Assembly (NCBI GenBank): GCA_904063045.1
Contig: CAJFCJ010000101.1
Span: 1 to 41,970, forward strand
Source of the DNA: Dimorphilus gyrociliatus
Taxonomy: Eukaryota > Animalia > Annelida
Direction of reading: 5' to 3'
Length of the DNA stretch: 41,970 nucleotides
This document shows, piece after piece, positions 41,527 through 41,970 of this stretch (position 1 is the stretch's first letter; each line of letters opens with the position of its first letter). Position numbers and translations under genes: made by a program. The notes beneath the pieces were generated by a model. The model was not told the DNA's origin, did not search any database, and worked only from the letters and a program-made list of their open reading frames with translations.

Positions 41527-41970
41527 GTAACCCTTTATAGAAGAATTGCAAACACCAACGTAATGTCTATACACAAATATTTCAGAATTTTACATATTTT
41601 AAAAATTGTGATACAGCCATTGACAATCATATTGAAAATTGCTATTTTGAACCACATTTATATCTAAAAGATGAAGTTTGCATCAATGTAGAATGTACAG
41701 AGTTTACAAATAATCAGAGACATATATTACCAATAGACTGGTTCCATTCTATTTATGAAACAACAAATAATTACAATTTATTAACTATAACTGCCAAAAG
41801 GAAATTTGAAAAGAATGCTTACTTTTTGAAATATTCAAAAATAACTGTTACACTTTCTAATAAATTATGCAACCATTTTGGTTATGACAATTTACATTCA
41901 ATTGGCAATTGTTTAAAAGTAACACCATACTTTTATCCAATTGGTGTTTTTTCAAATAAGGATACATTAA

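Overview
This is a very AT-rich eukaryotic window, probably from an invertebrate (GTAAG splice donors, one 53-bp intron); the host cannot be named from the sequence. It is dominated by env-carrying Ty3/Gypsy LTR retroelements. Element 1 (minus strand, <1-9111) is young. It has a tRNA-Ser-type PBS, a PPT, and the unusual order gag-PR-RT-RH-IN-second PR-acidic repeat block-env. Element 2 (plus strand, 25459-33992, 5-bp TSD CGAAT) has the order gag remnant-PR-acidic repeat block-RT-RH-IN-env and has lost the end of its 5' LTR, the PBS and the start of gag. Element 3 (minus strand, 37349-39028) is a deleted relative of element 2 and carries 587 bp identical to it in inverted orientation. Both env regions are in frame with pol behind an internal signal peptide and look like herpes-gB-type class III fusogens; each has one in-frame stop. 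The top lead is a protease plus acidic module shared by the two families at different positions. It carries tandem SUMO-interaction-like motifs and a conserved DTGYDT degron-like motif. Between the elements lie two diverged paralogous single-coding-exon genes (ORF A and ORF B) with SGNH-like C-termini and an identical 32-bp upstream motif; element 1 has inserted into ORF A. The window also holds a ~300-bp repeat array in both orientations (interrupted by element 2), a MITE-like pair, an older LTR fragment and decayed spliced gene fragments. Domain calls come from motif recognition by eye; no database search was run.
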